The notes under the pieces are model-generated. The model was not told the DNA's origin. It saw only the letters and a program-made list of their open reading frames with translations, and ran no database searches. Below are positions 9,944 through 19,377 of a stretch of 64,000 nt of DNA, piece after piece (within the stretch, counting starts at the first letter, position 1; every line of letters begins with the position of its first letter). The position numbers and the translations under genes were made by a program. Source of the DNA: Chloroflexota bacterium (GTDB lineage: Bacteria; Chloroflexota; Limnocylindria; Limnocylindrales; CSP1-4); the NCBI GenBank assembly GCA_013698095.1, contig JACCVQ010000120.1, forward strand, positions 2,350 to 66,349. The letters are read 5' to 3'.

Positions 9944-10453
9944 ATGCCGGCCATTCGCTGCCCCACCTGCGGCTTCGAGAACCTGCTCGGCTCGGACGTC
10001 TGCGACAACTGCGGCTCGGACCTCGCCGGTCACGACGTCCCGCAGTCGCCGACGACATTCCGGGGCCAGCTCCTCGGCGAGCATCTCGATGCGCTCGGGA
10101 TCAGCGCCCCGACGATCGTCGACGGCTCGGCCGAGGTGGACGACGCGATCCGCCGGATGCACGAGGACGAGATCGACTGCGTCCTCGTCGCCGAGGATGG
10201 CCGGCTGGTCGGGATCTTCACCGATCGCGATGCCGTCCTGAAGGTGGCAGGCCTGCCTCTCGAGAAGCGCACGATCGGGGACCTGATGACCCGCGACCCG
10301 GTGGTCCTCCGCCACGACGAGACGATCGCGGTCGCGATCAACAAGATGGCGGTCGGCGGGTTCCGGCACATCCCGATCGTCGAGGACGGCCGTCCGACCG
10401 GCGTCGTCACCGCGCGCGACGTGTTCCGCCACCTCGTCGAGTCGCTCGGCTGA
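9944..10453 (+). CDS. zinc-ribbon plus CBS domain pair protein
   Basis: N-terminal CPTCGFEN...CDNCGS zinc ribbon followed by two CBS motifs. Confidence 0.75.
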   Translation: MPAIRCPTCGFENLLGSDVCDNCGSDLAGHDVPQSPTTFRGQLLGEHLDALGISAPTIVDGSAEVDDAIRRMHEDEIDCVLVAEDGRLVGIFTDRDAVLKVAGLPLEKRTIGDLMTRDPVVLRHDETIAVAINKMAVGGFRHIPIVEDGRPTGVVTARDVFRHLVESLG

Positions 10454-10473
10454 GCCGGACCGCGCCGCCGATC

Positions 10474-10914
10474 GTGACCGCCAGCACGGGTCCCGCCCGC
10501 GTCCTCGTCCTCGCCGACGACCTGATCTGGTCGACGCGCCTCGCCGGCCACGTCCGGACCGCCGGTGCCGAGCCGGTCACGGTCCGAACCGCCGCCGGCT
10601 GGACAGCCGCGCTCGCCGAGTCCGACCTCGCCGGCGCGATCGTCGATCTGACGAGCCTGGCGTACGACGGCCTCGCCTCGATCGCTGCCGCCCGCGATGC
10701 CGGGGTGGCGGTCCTGGCGGTCGGCCAGCACGACGACCATGTCCTGCGTCGAGACGCGCTCGCCGTCGGCGCCGATCGGGTCCTCGCCTACCGCAAGCTG
10801 TTCGAGGATGGGCCGACGACGATCGCCCGCTGGCTCGCCGCGTCGGCGGCCTCGGACTCGGCCTCGGACTCGGCAGCGCTTGACGCCGACCACACGGAGC
10901 CTGCCACCCGATGA
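10474..10914 (+). CDS. response-regulator receiver (REC)-like domain protein, possibly degenerate
   Basis: VLVLADD...IVDL...AVGQH...AYRK pattern resembles a CheY-like receiver. GTG start. Confidence 0.5.
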   Translation: MTASTGPARVLVLADDLIWSTRLAGHVRTAGAEPVTVRTAAGWTAALAESDLAGAIVDLTSLAYDGLASIAAARDAGVAVLAVGQHDDHVLRRDALAVGADRVLAYRKLFEDGPTTIARWLAASAASDSASDSAALDADHTEPATR

Positions 10915-12074
10915 CGACCGCCGCCCCAGACCATCCCCGAATTCCTGGCGCCCGCTACACCGAGCGCCTCGAGCGGCTCGCTACCCTCGTCGGCGAGCGC
11001 GGCCTGGCCGCCGCGTTGATCGGCGTCGGCCCGGACCTCGACTACCTGACGGGCTACCGGGCGATGCCGCTCGAGCGGCTGACGATGCTGGCCGTCGTCG
11101 CCGGCGAGGCGCCGGTGCTGGTCGTCCCGCGTCTCGAGGAACCGGCCGCGCGAGCCGGCCTCCGAACGGACGTCGAGATCGCGACCTGGATGGAGACCGA
11201 CGATCCCCATGGGCTCGTCGCGGGGCTCGTCGAGCGAGCCCGCGGCCGCGCTTCCGCGACGATCGCCGTCTCCGACCGGCTCTGGTCGGTCCATCTCCTG
11301 CGCCTCCAAGGCGCGACTCCCGGCGCGCGCTGGGTGTCGGCCACAGAAGCGCTGCGCGAGCTCCGGATGGTCAAGGACGCCGACGAGATCGAGCTCCTCC
11401 GGCTGGCCGGCGCGGCGGCCGATCGGGTCGTCGACCAGATCGCATCGGGCCGGCTCATCGGCCGGACCGAGGAGGACGTTGCCCGCGAAGTCCGCACCCG
11501 GCTCCTCGCCGAAGGTCATGAGCTGGCGGAGTTCGCGATCGTCGCGTCCGGACCCAACTCGGCATCGCCGCATCACGAGGCCTCCGATCGAGTCATCCAG
11601 GCCGGCGAGCCGATCGTCCTCGACATCGGCGGGGCGCTCGGGGGCTACGGCAGCGACACGACCCGGACCCTGTGGGTGACCGGTGGCGACGACGCCAACG
11701 GCCCAACCGAGGAGTTCCGCCACCTCTTCGCGGTCCTGCTCGCGGCCCAGGTCGCGGCGACGGCCGCCGTCCGGCCGGGGATCGCTGCGGAGGCCGTTGA
11801 TCGGACCGCCCGCGACATCATCGACGGCGAGGGCTACGGCGAGAACTTCTTCCACCGGACCGGTCACGGCATCGGCCTCGAAGGCCACGAGGAGCCGTAT
11901 CTGGTGGCCGGCAACGGCGAGTCACTGGCCGAGGGCATGGCATTCAGCGTGGAGCCCGGGATCTACCTGCCTGGTCGCTACGGGGCGCGGATCGAGGACA
12001 TCGTGGTCTGCGGACCCGACGGGCCGGTCATCCTGAACAACGAGCCGCGCGAGCTGCGGGTCGTCGCCGGCTGA
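10911..12074 (+). CDS. M24 family Xaa-Pro aminopeptidase
   Basis: Creatinase N-terminal domain plus pita-bread fold with metal ligands (HRTGHGIGLEGHE, SVEPGIY). ATGA overlap with the upstream gene. Confidence 0.85.
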   Translation: MTTAAPDHPRIPGARYTERLERLATLVGERGLAAALIGVGPDLDYLTGYRAMPLERLTMLAVVAGEAPVLVVPRLEEPAARAGLRTDVEIATWMETDDPHGLVAGLVERARGRASATIAVSDRLWSVHLLRLQGATPGARWVSATEALRELRMVKDADEIELLRLAGAAADRVVDQIASGRLIGRTEEDVAREVRTRLLAEGHELAEFAIVASGPNSASPHHEASDRVIQAGEPIVLDIGGALGGYGSDTTRTLWVTGGDDANGPTEEFRHLFAVLLAAQVAATAAVRPGIAAEAVDRTARDIIDGEGYGENFFHRTGHGIGLEGHEEPYLVAGNGESLAEGMAFSVEPGIYLPGRYGARIEDIVVCGPDGPVILNNEPRELRVVAG

Positions 12075-12295
12075 CCCGCCACCCGCATCGCTCGGATCAC
12101 CCGCACGAGGCCGGCGTTCGCTGCCGCCCACAGGTCGATCCGCCCTCACACCGATGCCAGCGCGGTATCATCGCCGGACGACGGACCGGTTCCGGTCCGC
12201 CCCCAGGCTGAATTTTCGATGTCCTCGTCCCTTCTGCGGCGCTCCGGCGCCGCCGTCACCATCGGCGCTCCGGTTCGCCGGGGAACGACCGGACC

Positions 12296-13126
12296 GTGAG
12301 CCGGCGCCACCACGGCGGCCGCCCACATCGAACGGGCCAGACGCGGCCGTCCGAGCCCGCCCGTCCGCGCTCGGATGCGGCCCCAAACGTCGCTGATCAG
12401 GCCGCGCCGACCGCCCGGCCCGGCACGCACGGCGAGAGGCCAGCGCCTGGCCCGGGAGCGACCCAGCCAGCAGCCCTCCTCCGAGCCAAGCCCGCCGCCG
12501 AACCGTTCCAGGCAGGTCCAGCGGGTGCCGGAATGGATCGATCCCTGCCCGGTGAGCGGCGCGCCGCCGACCGACGATTCGGCGGTGATCGGGACCGGAC
12601 GGACGAGCGGGCCCATGGCGAACCGATGAGCCAGTCCGCGCCGGGCGACGGGCCCGCCGAATCGCGCCCCGCGCAGATCGCGTCGCCCGTCTCCGAGCCG
12701 ATGAACGGGGCGGGGTCCGCCGCGGTGGCCACCGGGTCTGCCTCGGCCGGCTTGGCCGTTCCCGCCGCCTCCGGCCCCGCTCCCGCGGCTTCCGGGCTCA
12801 CCGACCGCCGGCCCGAGCTCGGCGAGGCACCTGGTTTCAGCGCCGGCCCGGTCTGTACCGCTCCCCAGCTGCGCCGGTTCATCAAGAGCCGACCCTATGT
12901 CCCGATGCATGAGCTCCGTCGCCGCTTCGGGATCAATGGCAGCGAGGACGATGTCACCGGCATCACACTCGGGACGAGCACGATCTTCGTCGGCCTGCCC
13001 GGTCGCGAGGGGTCGCTGCTGGGCGAGCTGCTGCGGGGCGGCGAAGTCGGGTATGAGCTGTCGCTCGACCCGCGGACACCGATCGTGATCGGCCTGTATC
13101 CGATGCGGCCGGTCGCCCGCTCCTGA
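12296..13126 (+). CDS. hypothetical protein (Pro/Ala-rich N-terminus, conserved-looking ~90-aa C-terminal domain); the true start may be the ATG at 12626
   Basis: The C-terminal part (CTAPQLRRFIKSRPYVPMHELRRRFGI...IVIGLYPMRP) looks like a folded domain. The N-terminal part is low complexity. Confidence 0.3.
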   Translation: MSRRHHGGRPHRTGQTRPSEPARPRSDAAPNVADQAAPTARPGTHGERPAPGPGATQPAALLRAKPAAEPFQAGPAGAGMDRSLPGERRAADRRFGGDRDRTDERAHGEPMSQSAPGDGPAESRPAQIASPVSEPMNGAGSAAVATGSASAGLAVPAASGPAPAASGLTDRRPELGEAPGFSAGPVCTAPQLRRFIKSRPYVPMHELRRRFGINGSEDDVTGITLGTSTIFVGLPGREGSLLGELLRGGEVGYELSLDPRTPIVIGLYPMRPVARS

Positions 13127-13212
13127 GTTCAGATCCGCTCGAAAAGCGAGGAAACAAACGGTGCCGAGACGCACCGGCGCTATGTTGACAGCAGCCCCGT
13201 CGGATGCGACCG

Positions 13213-13240
13213 TTGACCGCGGACAAAAGTACTGGATACT
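13213..13240 (+). promoter_or_regulatory. candidate sigma-A-like promoter (TTGACC-N16-GATACT)
   Basis: Relatively AT-rich intergenic region about 100 nt upstream of the secreted-protein gene. Confidence 0.25.
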
Positions 13241-13345
13241 GGCCTGACCATTGGGGTCAACGGTCCGGGCCGCATCACCCACCCGGGGATGGCCAGAGGG
13301 GCCAAAGGACGAACCGGAGTGCGCTCCGGCGAAAGGAAGCTGGGT

Positions 13346-14299
13346 ATGCGCGCGAATTCTCTTCGACGGGTGGCCGCAGGAGCCACCGCTCTGCTGCTGA
13401 CAGGGGCCACGGTCCTGTCCATGACCGGCTCGGTCCTGGCGGCTGTGCCCACGGCGGACGCTGCGAGCGCGGCGATTCCGGCCAGCTACACGGCAGGCAA
13501 TGCCGCCGGCTTCCGGGGCACGTACCACTTCACCGACAGCAGCACGCTGGCCAAGCTTTACCTGACGCTGACGACCACCGGCGCCGACGCGAACGTCTAC
13601 TTCAGCGCCACGATGAACGGCGCCAACGCCGCGCGGTTCTGCACCGTCGGCACCGTGACGACGACGTGCACCTTCAAGTCGGTCCGGACAAATGACCGGT
13701 TCGTCATCACGTCGGCCTACTCCACGTCGGCAGCAGCGGTCACGGCCAATTTCAAGTGGGGCACCACCGGCTCCACGGGCAGCGACGGCGGGACCAGCCA
13801 CGGTGACACCTGGGACGACACCATCCGAACGGCCAGACTGAGCAGCGACGCGAACTATGGCGGCGGCTTCTCGATCGCGAGCGGCTCCTCGATCGGCAAC
13901 AACCAGGCGGTCTCGATGTCAAACCGCCAGGCGACCAGGATCGCAAACCTGGCCGCCGGCGTCCCGGGCAGCGTCCTCGACGGCGGCACCGCGACCGGGT
14001 CGTGCGTCAGCAACGCAACCGTGGACTGCGCCGCGCTGATCGGCGAGTGGTCCGAGGTCAACGTCGGCGACGGCCAGTCGTTCTCTACCGCCTTCACGAT
14101 CGTCATCACCTACTACTCGGGCACGCCGCGCGGCTTCGTCCATTCATACCTGGACGCGAACGGCGATTCCCAGCAGGAGACGATCGGGGCATGCCCCAAG
14201 AAGAATCCCGCCGCGGCCGCGCCCTGCTTCAGCTGGAGCGCATCCGCCAACCAGGCGACGATCTACACCCTCCACAACGGATCGTGGCGGGGCCTGTAG
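13346..14299 (+). CDS. secreted Thr/Ser/Ala-rich protein with 6 Cys, function unknown
   Basis: Signal peptide MRANSLRRVAAGATALLLTGATVLSMTGSVLAAVPTADA. No recognisable catalytic motifs. Confidence 0.6.
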   Translation: MRANSLRRVAAGATALLLTGATVLSMTGSVLAAVPTADAASAAIPASYTAGNAAGFRGTYHFTDSSTLAKLYLTLTTTGADANVYFSATMNGANAARFCTVGTVTTTCTFKSVRTNDRFVITSAYSTSAAAVTANFKWGTTGSTGSDGGTSHGDTWDDTIRTARLSSDANYGGGFSIASGSSIGNNQAVSMSNRQATRIANLAAGVPGSVLDGGTATGSCVSNATVDCAALIGEWSEVNVGDGQSFSTAFTIVITYYSGTPRGFVHSYLDANGDSQQETIGACPKKNPAAAAPCFSWSASANQATIYTLHNGSWRGL

Positions 14300-14303
14300 A
14301 CCG

Positions 14304-17300
14304 CTAGCCTGCGACCGCCACCGCAAGCGCCGCAAGGGTCGCGTCCGCGGCGACGGTGGCGCCCTTCCGCCGATACAGGTCCAGGGCCTCCTGCAAGGGA
14401 GGCCCTGCCTCGTTGCCACGGCCGCTTCCCGCCAGGATCGCGCCGAGATCGACCAGGGCATCGGCCCGCAGGACCAGGTCGACGGTCCCCGCCGTCAGTT
14501 CGACCGCTTCGCGGGCCAGGGCCTCGGCCTCCGCACCGCGGCCTCGGGCGAGCAGGACACTCGCTTCCGCCTGGCGCCACAGGATCTGGGCCTCGTTGTC
14601 GTCGGGGTCAGCGAGGCTCCGGGTGAGCTCGGCCGAAGCGGCGGCGCCGGCGCCGTCGCCAAGGGCCAAGCGGGCTCGCGAGTGGAGTCCGGCGACAGTT
14701 GAGCGGAAGTAGCGCTCGCCGATCGCCTCGAGGTCGACGAGGTCGCGCGTGAGCGCGCCGTCCGCGGCGACCGGATCGCCGGCCAGGAATGCGATACGCG
14801 ACGTTTCGATCGAGGTGGTCGAGGCCGTGACGCTCGGACCCAGGTCGACCAGGACGCGGCGGCTCTCGATCGCGAGCGACGTCGCCTCCTCGAAGCGGCC
14901 CACCATTGCCAGCAGGAGCCCCCGGATCAGACCGATGACGGCCTCGGCCATGCGGTCCCCGGCCACCTCCTGGGCGAGGGCCTCGCACTCACGGATCGCG
15001 TCCGGCACCGGGGTGTCGCCATGGAGCGAGAGCACGGCGTAGGCGATCGATCCACGGGCAGTCGCCCGGCTGTCCCCGGTCTTCCGGGCGGCGGCGATGA
15101 CTCCCTGGATTGCAACCCTGGCCTCGGTGTAGCGGCCGGCCGTCCCGTGGATGGCCGCGAGCAGCCGCCAGGCGAGAGCGAGCCCGACGTCGTCGTCGGC
15201 GGCCTGGAACCACGCGATGTGCTCCTCGGTTTCCGCAATCGCCGCCGCCGCGTGTCCGACGACCTCCGTGCCGAGGTGGGTGTGGATGCTGCGGGCGACC
15301 GCGGCATGTCGCGCGAGACGTTCGTCGCCGAGCTGATCCGCGGCTGATCGAGCCTGGTCGATCGATGCCAGCGACCCGCCGAAGTCACCGTTCTCGAGGA
15401 GGACCGACCCGAGATCGAGGAGGATCTGGACCCGCGTCGGCGAGTCGGGTCCGAGCAGCATCGATGCTCGGCGGAGGAGGTTTGCCGCCGCCGGAAGGTC
15501 ACCCCGCGAGAACGCGCGCCGGCCGGCGTTGGCGAGCTTCTCCGCGGCACGTTCGGCAATGGACCGGCCCTGGTCATCGAGCGGCCCCAGCTCGGAGCGG
15601 TAGCGAACGGCCTGCTCGAGGTGATAGCCCAGGATCTCCTCGAACTCGGTCTCGCGGCCGCGCTCGCGATTGACCGGCTCGGCCCACTCGACGAACCGCT
15701 CGTGGAGGGTCGCCCGGGCCCGCTTCAGGAGGCTCTGGTAGGCGGCATCGCGGACGAGGATGTGGTGGAAGCGGAAGGTCGGGTCCTCTGCATCGGCCGC
15801 CTGCGGGTGGACGAACTGCTTGCGATCGAGGGCCGTGAGGTGGTCCTCGACGGCCGGCCGGATCGCGTCGGGCACGAGCTGTTCGATGGCCGCTGCCGCG
15901 AACACGAGACCGATGACCGCGGCGGGGTCGACAACTGCCCGTTCCTGGCGGGTCAGCGCGTCGAGGCGGGCAGCCAGGAGGGCCGCGATCGTTGGCGGCA
16001 CGACGACGTCGCCGCCCGGGTCGCGCTCGCGGAGCATGGTGACGATCTGCTCGATGTAGAGCGGGTTGCCCTCGGCCGCGGCGACGACCTTGGCGCGGGT
16101 CTCAGCGGCAAGCTCCACACCGGCCAGGAGCTGTTCGATCATCACTTCGACATCGGCCGGCTGGAGCGGAGTGAGATCGATCCGACCGACGGTCGCCGAA
16201 GCGAGCCATTCGCCGTGGACGTCGGCGATCTCGGGCCGGGCCGAGCAGAGCACGAGGATCGGTGCGTCCCGGACCGAGTCGACGACGTGTTCGAGGAAGT
16301 CGATGAACGTCGCTTCGGCCGAGTGGATGTCGTCGATGAGGATCACGACCGGGCGCGTCGCGGCCTGCGCCTCGAGCAGCTTGCGGGCGCCCCAGAAGAG
16401 CTCAGCCATCGGATGGGCCGAGGTCGACAGGCCGATTGCGGCGGCGACCCGGTCAACGATCGCTTCGCGGTCAGGCTCGTCCTCGGGCAGGAGGGTCGCG
16501 ATCCGGTCGCGGGCAACCTCTGCCGAGTCGTCCTCGCCGATCCGGGCGGCCGAGCGGACGATCTCGACCAGCGGCCAGAAAGTGATCCCGTCACCGTAGG
16601 CCAGACAGCGGCCCCGGAACACGGTCGCCTCGGCCTCGACCGAGGCGAGGAAGTCGGAGATCAGGCGCGTCTTGCCGACGCCGGCATCACCGATGACGGT
16701 CACGAGCCGGGCCAGCCGGGCCGACGAGATGGCCCGGAACGAATCCTGGAGGAGTCCCATCTCCGCGACGCGCCCGACGAACGGCGCGGCCGAGGCCGGC
16801 GTCGCGGTTGGCGCGATCGCCCGGACGTCGATCAGGCGGTAGGCCGGGACCGGCTCCGGCTTGCCCTTCAGCATCAGCTCGACCCGCTCCACCTCGACGT
16901 GGTTGCGGACCAGCTGATATGTCACCTCGCCGATCAGGACCTCGCCGGCCGGCGCGTTCTGCTCGAGCCGGGCAGTCACGTTGACCGCGTCGCCGGTTGC
17001 CAGGTTCTGGTCGGCATTCGGGTCCATGTTGGCCACGATCTCGCCGGTGTTGACTCCGGTCCGATTCGTGATCTGGACGCCGTAGAAGCGCTGGAGATCC
17101 TCGTTCAGGCGGGCCAGCACCTTCTGCATCCCGAACGCCGCCCGGACCGCCCGCAGGGCATCGTCCTCGTGGGCCCGGATCAGGCCGAACACCGCCATGA
17201 TGGCGTCGCCAATGTTCTTCTCGACCTTGCCGCCGTGGCGCTCGATCTCGACTGCCATCGAACTGAAGTAGCGGGCCTTGATCTCGTTCATCGCCTCGGC

Positions 17301-17777
17301 ATCGATCGAGCCCGTGAGGGCGGTCGAGTCCTTGAGGTCGGTGAAGACGAGCGTCACGAACTTGCGGACTTCCTGGGCCGGCAGGATCGGCGTCGTGGCG
17401 GCGGGCCGGGCCGGGGCGGCAGCCAGAAGGCTGCCCAACGGCATCGCATCCCCGGACGCCGCCCGGGACAGGGACACGCCGCTGTCGCCGGGCGTGGACC
17501 GCGACGGGGCCGGCGGCACCGGGTGATGCGGCGCGCTCGAAGGGCCACCGGCCGGACGAGCCGCCGGGCCCCCGTCAGGAGACGTCGGTCCGGGCGTGCC
17601 TGCCGCGAGCGGTGTTCCACAGAACCCGCAGAGCCGGAACTTTGAGGGGTTCTCCTCGCCGCAGCCACCGCACACGATCGTGTCCGGGACCGGCGCGAGC
17701 GACGACCCGCAGAACCCGCACAGGCGGAATCGGGCCGGGTTTTCCTCGCCGCATGACAGGCAGTGGACGGTGTCCAT
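14304..17777 (-). CDS. double zinc-ribbon / class III nucleotidyl cyclase / STAND (AAA) NTPase / TPR-repeat multidomain protein
   Basis: Two CxxC...CxxC ribbons (CLSCGEEN...CGFCGS; CGGCGEEN...CGFCGT). Cyclase motifs (FTDLKDST, NIGDAIMAVFG, NVTARLEQ). Walker A IGDAGVGKTR. Long helical TPR-like C-terminus without an HTH. Start at ATG 17777 (MDTVHC). Confidence 0.85.
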   Translation of the reverse strand: MDTVHCLSCGEENPARFRLCGFCGSSLAPVPDTIVCGGCGEENPSKFRLCGFCGTPLAAGTPGPTSPDGGPAARPAGGPSSAPHHPVPPAPSRSTPGDSGVSLSRAASGDAMPLGSLLAAAPARPAATTPILPAQEVRKFVTLVFTDLKDSTALTGSIDAEAMNEIKARYFSSMAVEIERHGGKVEKNIGDAIMAVFGLIRAHEDDALRAVRAAFGMQKVLARLNEDLQRFYGVQITNRTGVNTGEIVANMDPNADQNLATGDAVNVTARLEQNAPAGEVLIGEVTYQLVRNHVEVERVELMLKGKPEPVPAYRLIDVRAIAPTATPASAAPFVGRVAEMGLLQDSFRAISSARLARLVTVIGDAGVGKTRLISDFLASVEAEATVFRGRCLAYGDGITFWPLVEIVRSAARIGEDDSAEVARDRIATLLPEDEPDREAIVDRVAAAIGLSTSAHPMAELFWGARKLLEAQAATRPVVILIDDIHSAEATFIDFLEHVVDSVRDAPILVLCSARPEIADVHGEWLASATVGRIDLTPLQPADVEVMIEQLLAGVELAAETRAKVVAAAEGNPLYIEQIVTMLRERDPGGDVVVPPTIAALLAARLDALTRQERAVVDPAAVIGLVFAAAAIEQLVPDAIRPAVEDHLTALDRKQFVHPQAADAEDPTFRFHHILVRDAAYQSLLKRARATLHERFVEWAEPVNRERGRETEFEEILGYHLEQAVRYRSELGPLDDQGRSIAERAAEKLANAGRRAFSRGDLPAAANLLRRASMLLGPDSPTRVQILLDLGSVLLENGDFGGSLASIDQARSAADQLGDERLARHAAVARSIHTHLGTEVVGHAAAAIAETEEHIAWFQAADDDVGLALAWRLLAAIHGTAGRYTEARVAIQGVIAAARKTGDSRATARGSIAYAVLSLHGDTPVPDAIRECEALAQEVAGDRMAEAVIGLIRGLLLAMVGRFEEATSLAIESRRVLVDLGPSVTASTTSIETSRIAFLAGDPVAADGALTRDLVDLEAIGERYFRSTVAGLHSRARLALGDGAGAAASAELTRSLADPDDNEAQILWRQAEASVLLARGRGAEAEALAREAVELTAGTVDLVLRADALVDLGAILAGSGRGNEAGPPLQEALDLYRRKGATVAADATLAALAVAVAG

Positions 17778-17878
17778 GTCCTGAGAATACGACGGCGCTC
17801 GATGTTGTCCGCCTCGCACCGCGTACGATGCGCCCGAGCGGCGTCGCCGCGGCCCGCGCGACGGAGGGTGATGTCCAG

Positions 17879-18580
17879 ATGGCGGCGGCCGACGACCTGA
17901 TGGCCCGGGATGCGCTCCGCGCGAGCGGCCTCTTTGCCAAGGCCGACGAGCAGGCCATCGACGCATTGGTTCGGGTCTTCCGGATTCGCCGGTTCCGACG
18001 GGGCGAGACCGTGTTCCACCAGGGCGACCCGGGCGACGCGCTGTTCGTCCTCGCCAGCGGATCGGTCAAGGTTGTCCTGCCGAGCGATGAGGGCGCCGAG
18101 CCCGCCATCGTCGCGATCCTCGGCGCCGGCGAGTTCTTCGGCGAGCTGGCGATCCTCGACGGCGCGCCCCATTCGGCCACGATCGTTGCGGTCGAGGCCT
18201 CCGAGACCCTCGTCCTCCATCGCGACACCTTCCTGGAGCTGATCGACGCCGACCCGGGGCTTCGGCGCGCCCTTCTCGCTGGCCTCGCTGCCGAGATTCG
18301 ACGCCTGACCGGCCACGTCGAGGATCTCCACTTCCTCGACCTGCCGGGCCGGCTCGCATCGCGCATCGTTCGCCTGGCTGCGAGCGCCGGGATCACCAGT
18401 GGTGAGGCCCGGATCGGATGGCCCTACACCCAGTCGGAACTGGCCGGAATGATCGGCGGATCGCGCCAGTCGGTGAACCGCCTGCTCGCCGACCTGGCCG
18501 AGCAGGGTCTCCTCCGACTCGAGCGTGACCTGCTCATCGTCCATGACATCGAGCGTCTCGCCGCAACGGTGGAGCGGTGA
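17879..18580 (+). CDS. Crp/Fnr family transcriptional regulator (cNMP-binding plus HTH)
   Basis: cNMP-binding motif FFGELAIL...HSATIVA and C-terminal HTH SQSELAGMIGGSRQSVNRLLADL. Divergent from the cyclase gene. Confidence 0.85.
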   Translation: MAAADDLMARDALRASGLFAKADEQAIDALVRVFRIRRFRRGETVFHQGDPGDALFVLASGSVKVVLPSDEGAEPAIVAILGAGEFFGELAILDGAPHSATIVAVEASETLVLHRDTFLELIDADPGLRRALLAGLAAEIRRLTGHVEDLHFLDLPGRLASRIVRLAASAGITSGEARIGWPYTQSELAGMIGGSRQSVNRLLADLAEQGLLRLERDLLIVHDIERLAATVER

Positions 18581-19377
18581 CCGGGGCCGGCGCAGCGGAT
18601 CCCCTGATCCCGACGCTCCGGGCGGTCGCCCTCCGGGTCGAGGCGGCCCGTCGTCTCTCGCCGCCGGCCGGCAGCGCGGTCCTGCACTCGATCGTGGAGG
18701 CGACGGTCGCCCTGTTCGATGCCGAGGCCGCCTCGATCGCTCTCCACGACGTGGCGGCCGATCGCCTGGTCTTCACCGTGGCGGCGGGCGACCAGGGCCA
18801 GGGCGTGGTCGGCCTGACGATTGGACCGGCCGAAGGCGTCGCGGGCTACGTCTTCTCGAGTGGTCAGCCGCTCGCTCTCTCGGACGTGGAGCGGGACGCC
18901 CGGTTTGGCCGGACGACGGCGGAGCGGACCGGCTACGTGCCGCGCTCCCTGGTGGCGGTGCCGCTCCTCGACGACGAGGGCATCCTGGGCGTGCTCGAGG
19001 TCCTCGACAAACGGGGCGCAGGCGCGTCCTTCGATCTTCGCGACATCGAGCTCGCGAGCGTGTTCGCCCGCCAGGCCGCGGTCGCGATCCGGAGCAGCCG
19101 CGTCGAGCGCGACACGGCCACGTTGCTCGGCACGGTGCTCGACGCCGTGAACCGCGCCCCACCGGACGACCTCGACGTCGAGCCGATCGTTGCCGCGGCC
19201 GTTGCCGCTCTTGACGGCGACGGGGCCGAGCCGCTCTGGGCGCTGGCCGACCAGGTTGCCCGGATCCGGGCGATCGAGCCGGCCCAGCTCGATCTGGTGC
19301 GCGACCTCCTGGCGGTCCTCGTGACCCGAGCCGAGCGCGGGGGCGCGAGCAGCCGCGCCCGACCGCGCCCCCGATGA
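18577..19377 (+). CDS. GAF domain protein
   Basis: GAF fold pattern (SIALHD...GVAGYVFSSGQPLALSDV...VAVPLLDDEGILGVLEVLD). GTGA overlap with the crp stop. Confidence 0.75.
   Translation: MTGAGAADPLIPTLRAVALRVEAARRLSPPAGSAVLHSIVEATVALFDAEAASIALHDVAADRLVFTVAAGDQGQGVVGLTIGPAEGVAGYVFSSGQPLALSDVERDARFGRTTAERTGYVPRSLVAVPLLDDEGILGVLEVLDKRGAGASFDLRDIELASVFARQAAVAIRSSRVERDTATLLGTVLDAVNRAPPDDLDVEPIVAAAVAALDGDGAEPLWALADQVARIRAIEPAQLDLVRDLLAVLVTRAERGGASSRARPRPR

Noticed and set aside
6762-10008. Long minus-strand ORFs (652 aa and 449 aa)
   Set aside because: Antisense to korA and korB; no recognisable motifs.
12146-13801. 551-aa ORF on the minus strand
   Set aside because: Arg/Gly/Pro-rich low-complexity translation with no domain signal. 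It runs antisense to the 12296-13126 and 13346-14299 plus-strand genes, and is a typical high-GC open-frame artefact.
15621-17645. 674-aa plus-strand ORF
   Set aside because: Antisense to the cyclase-STAND-TPR gene; Arg/Asp/Gly-rich nonsense translation.
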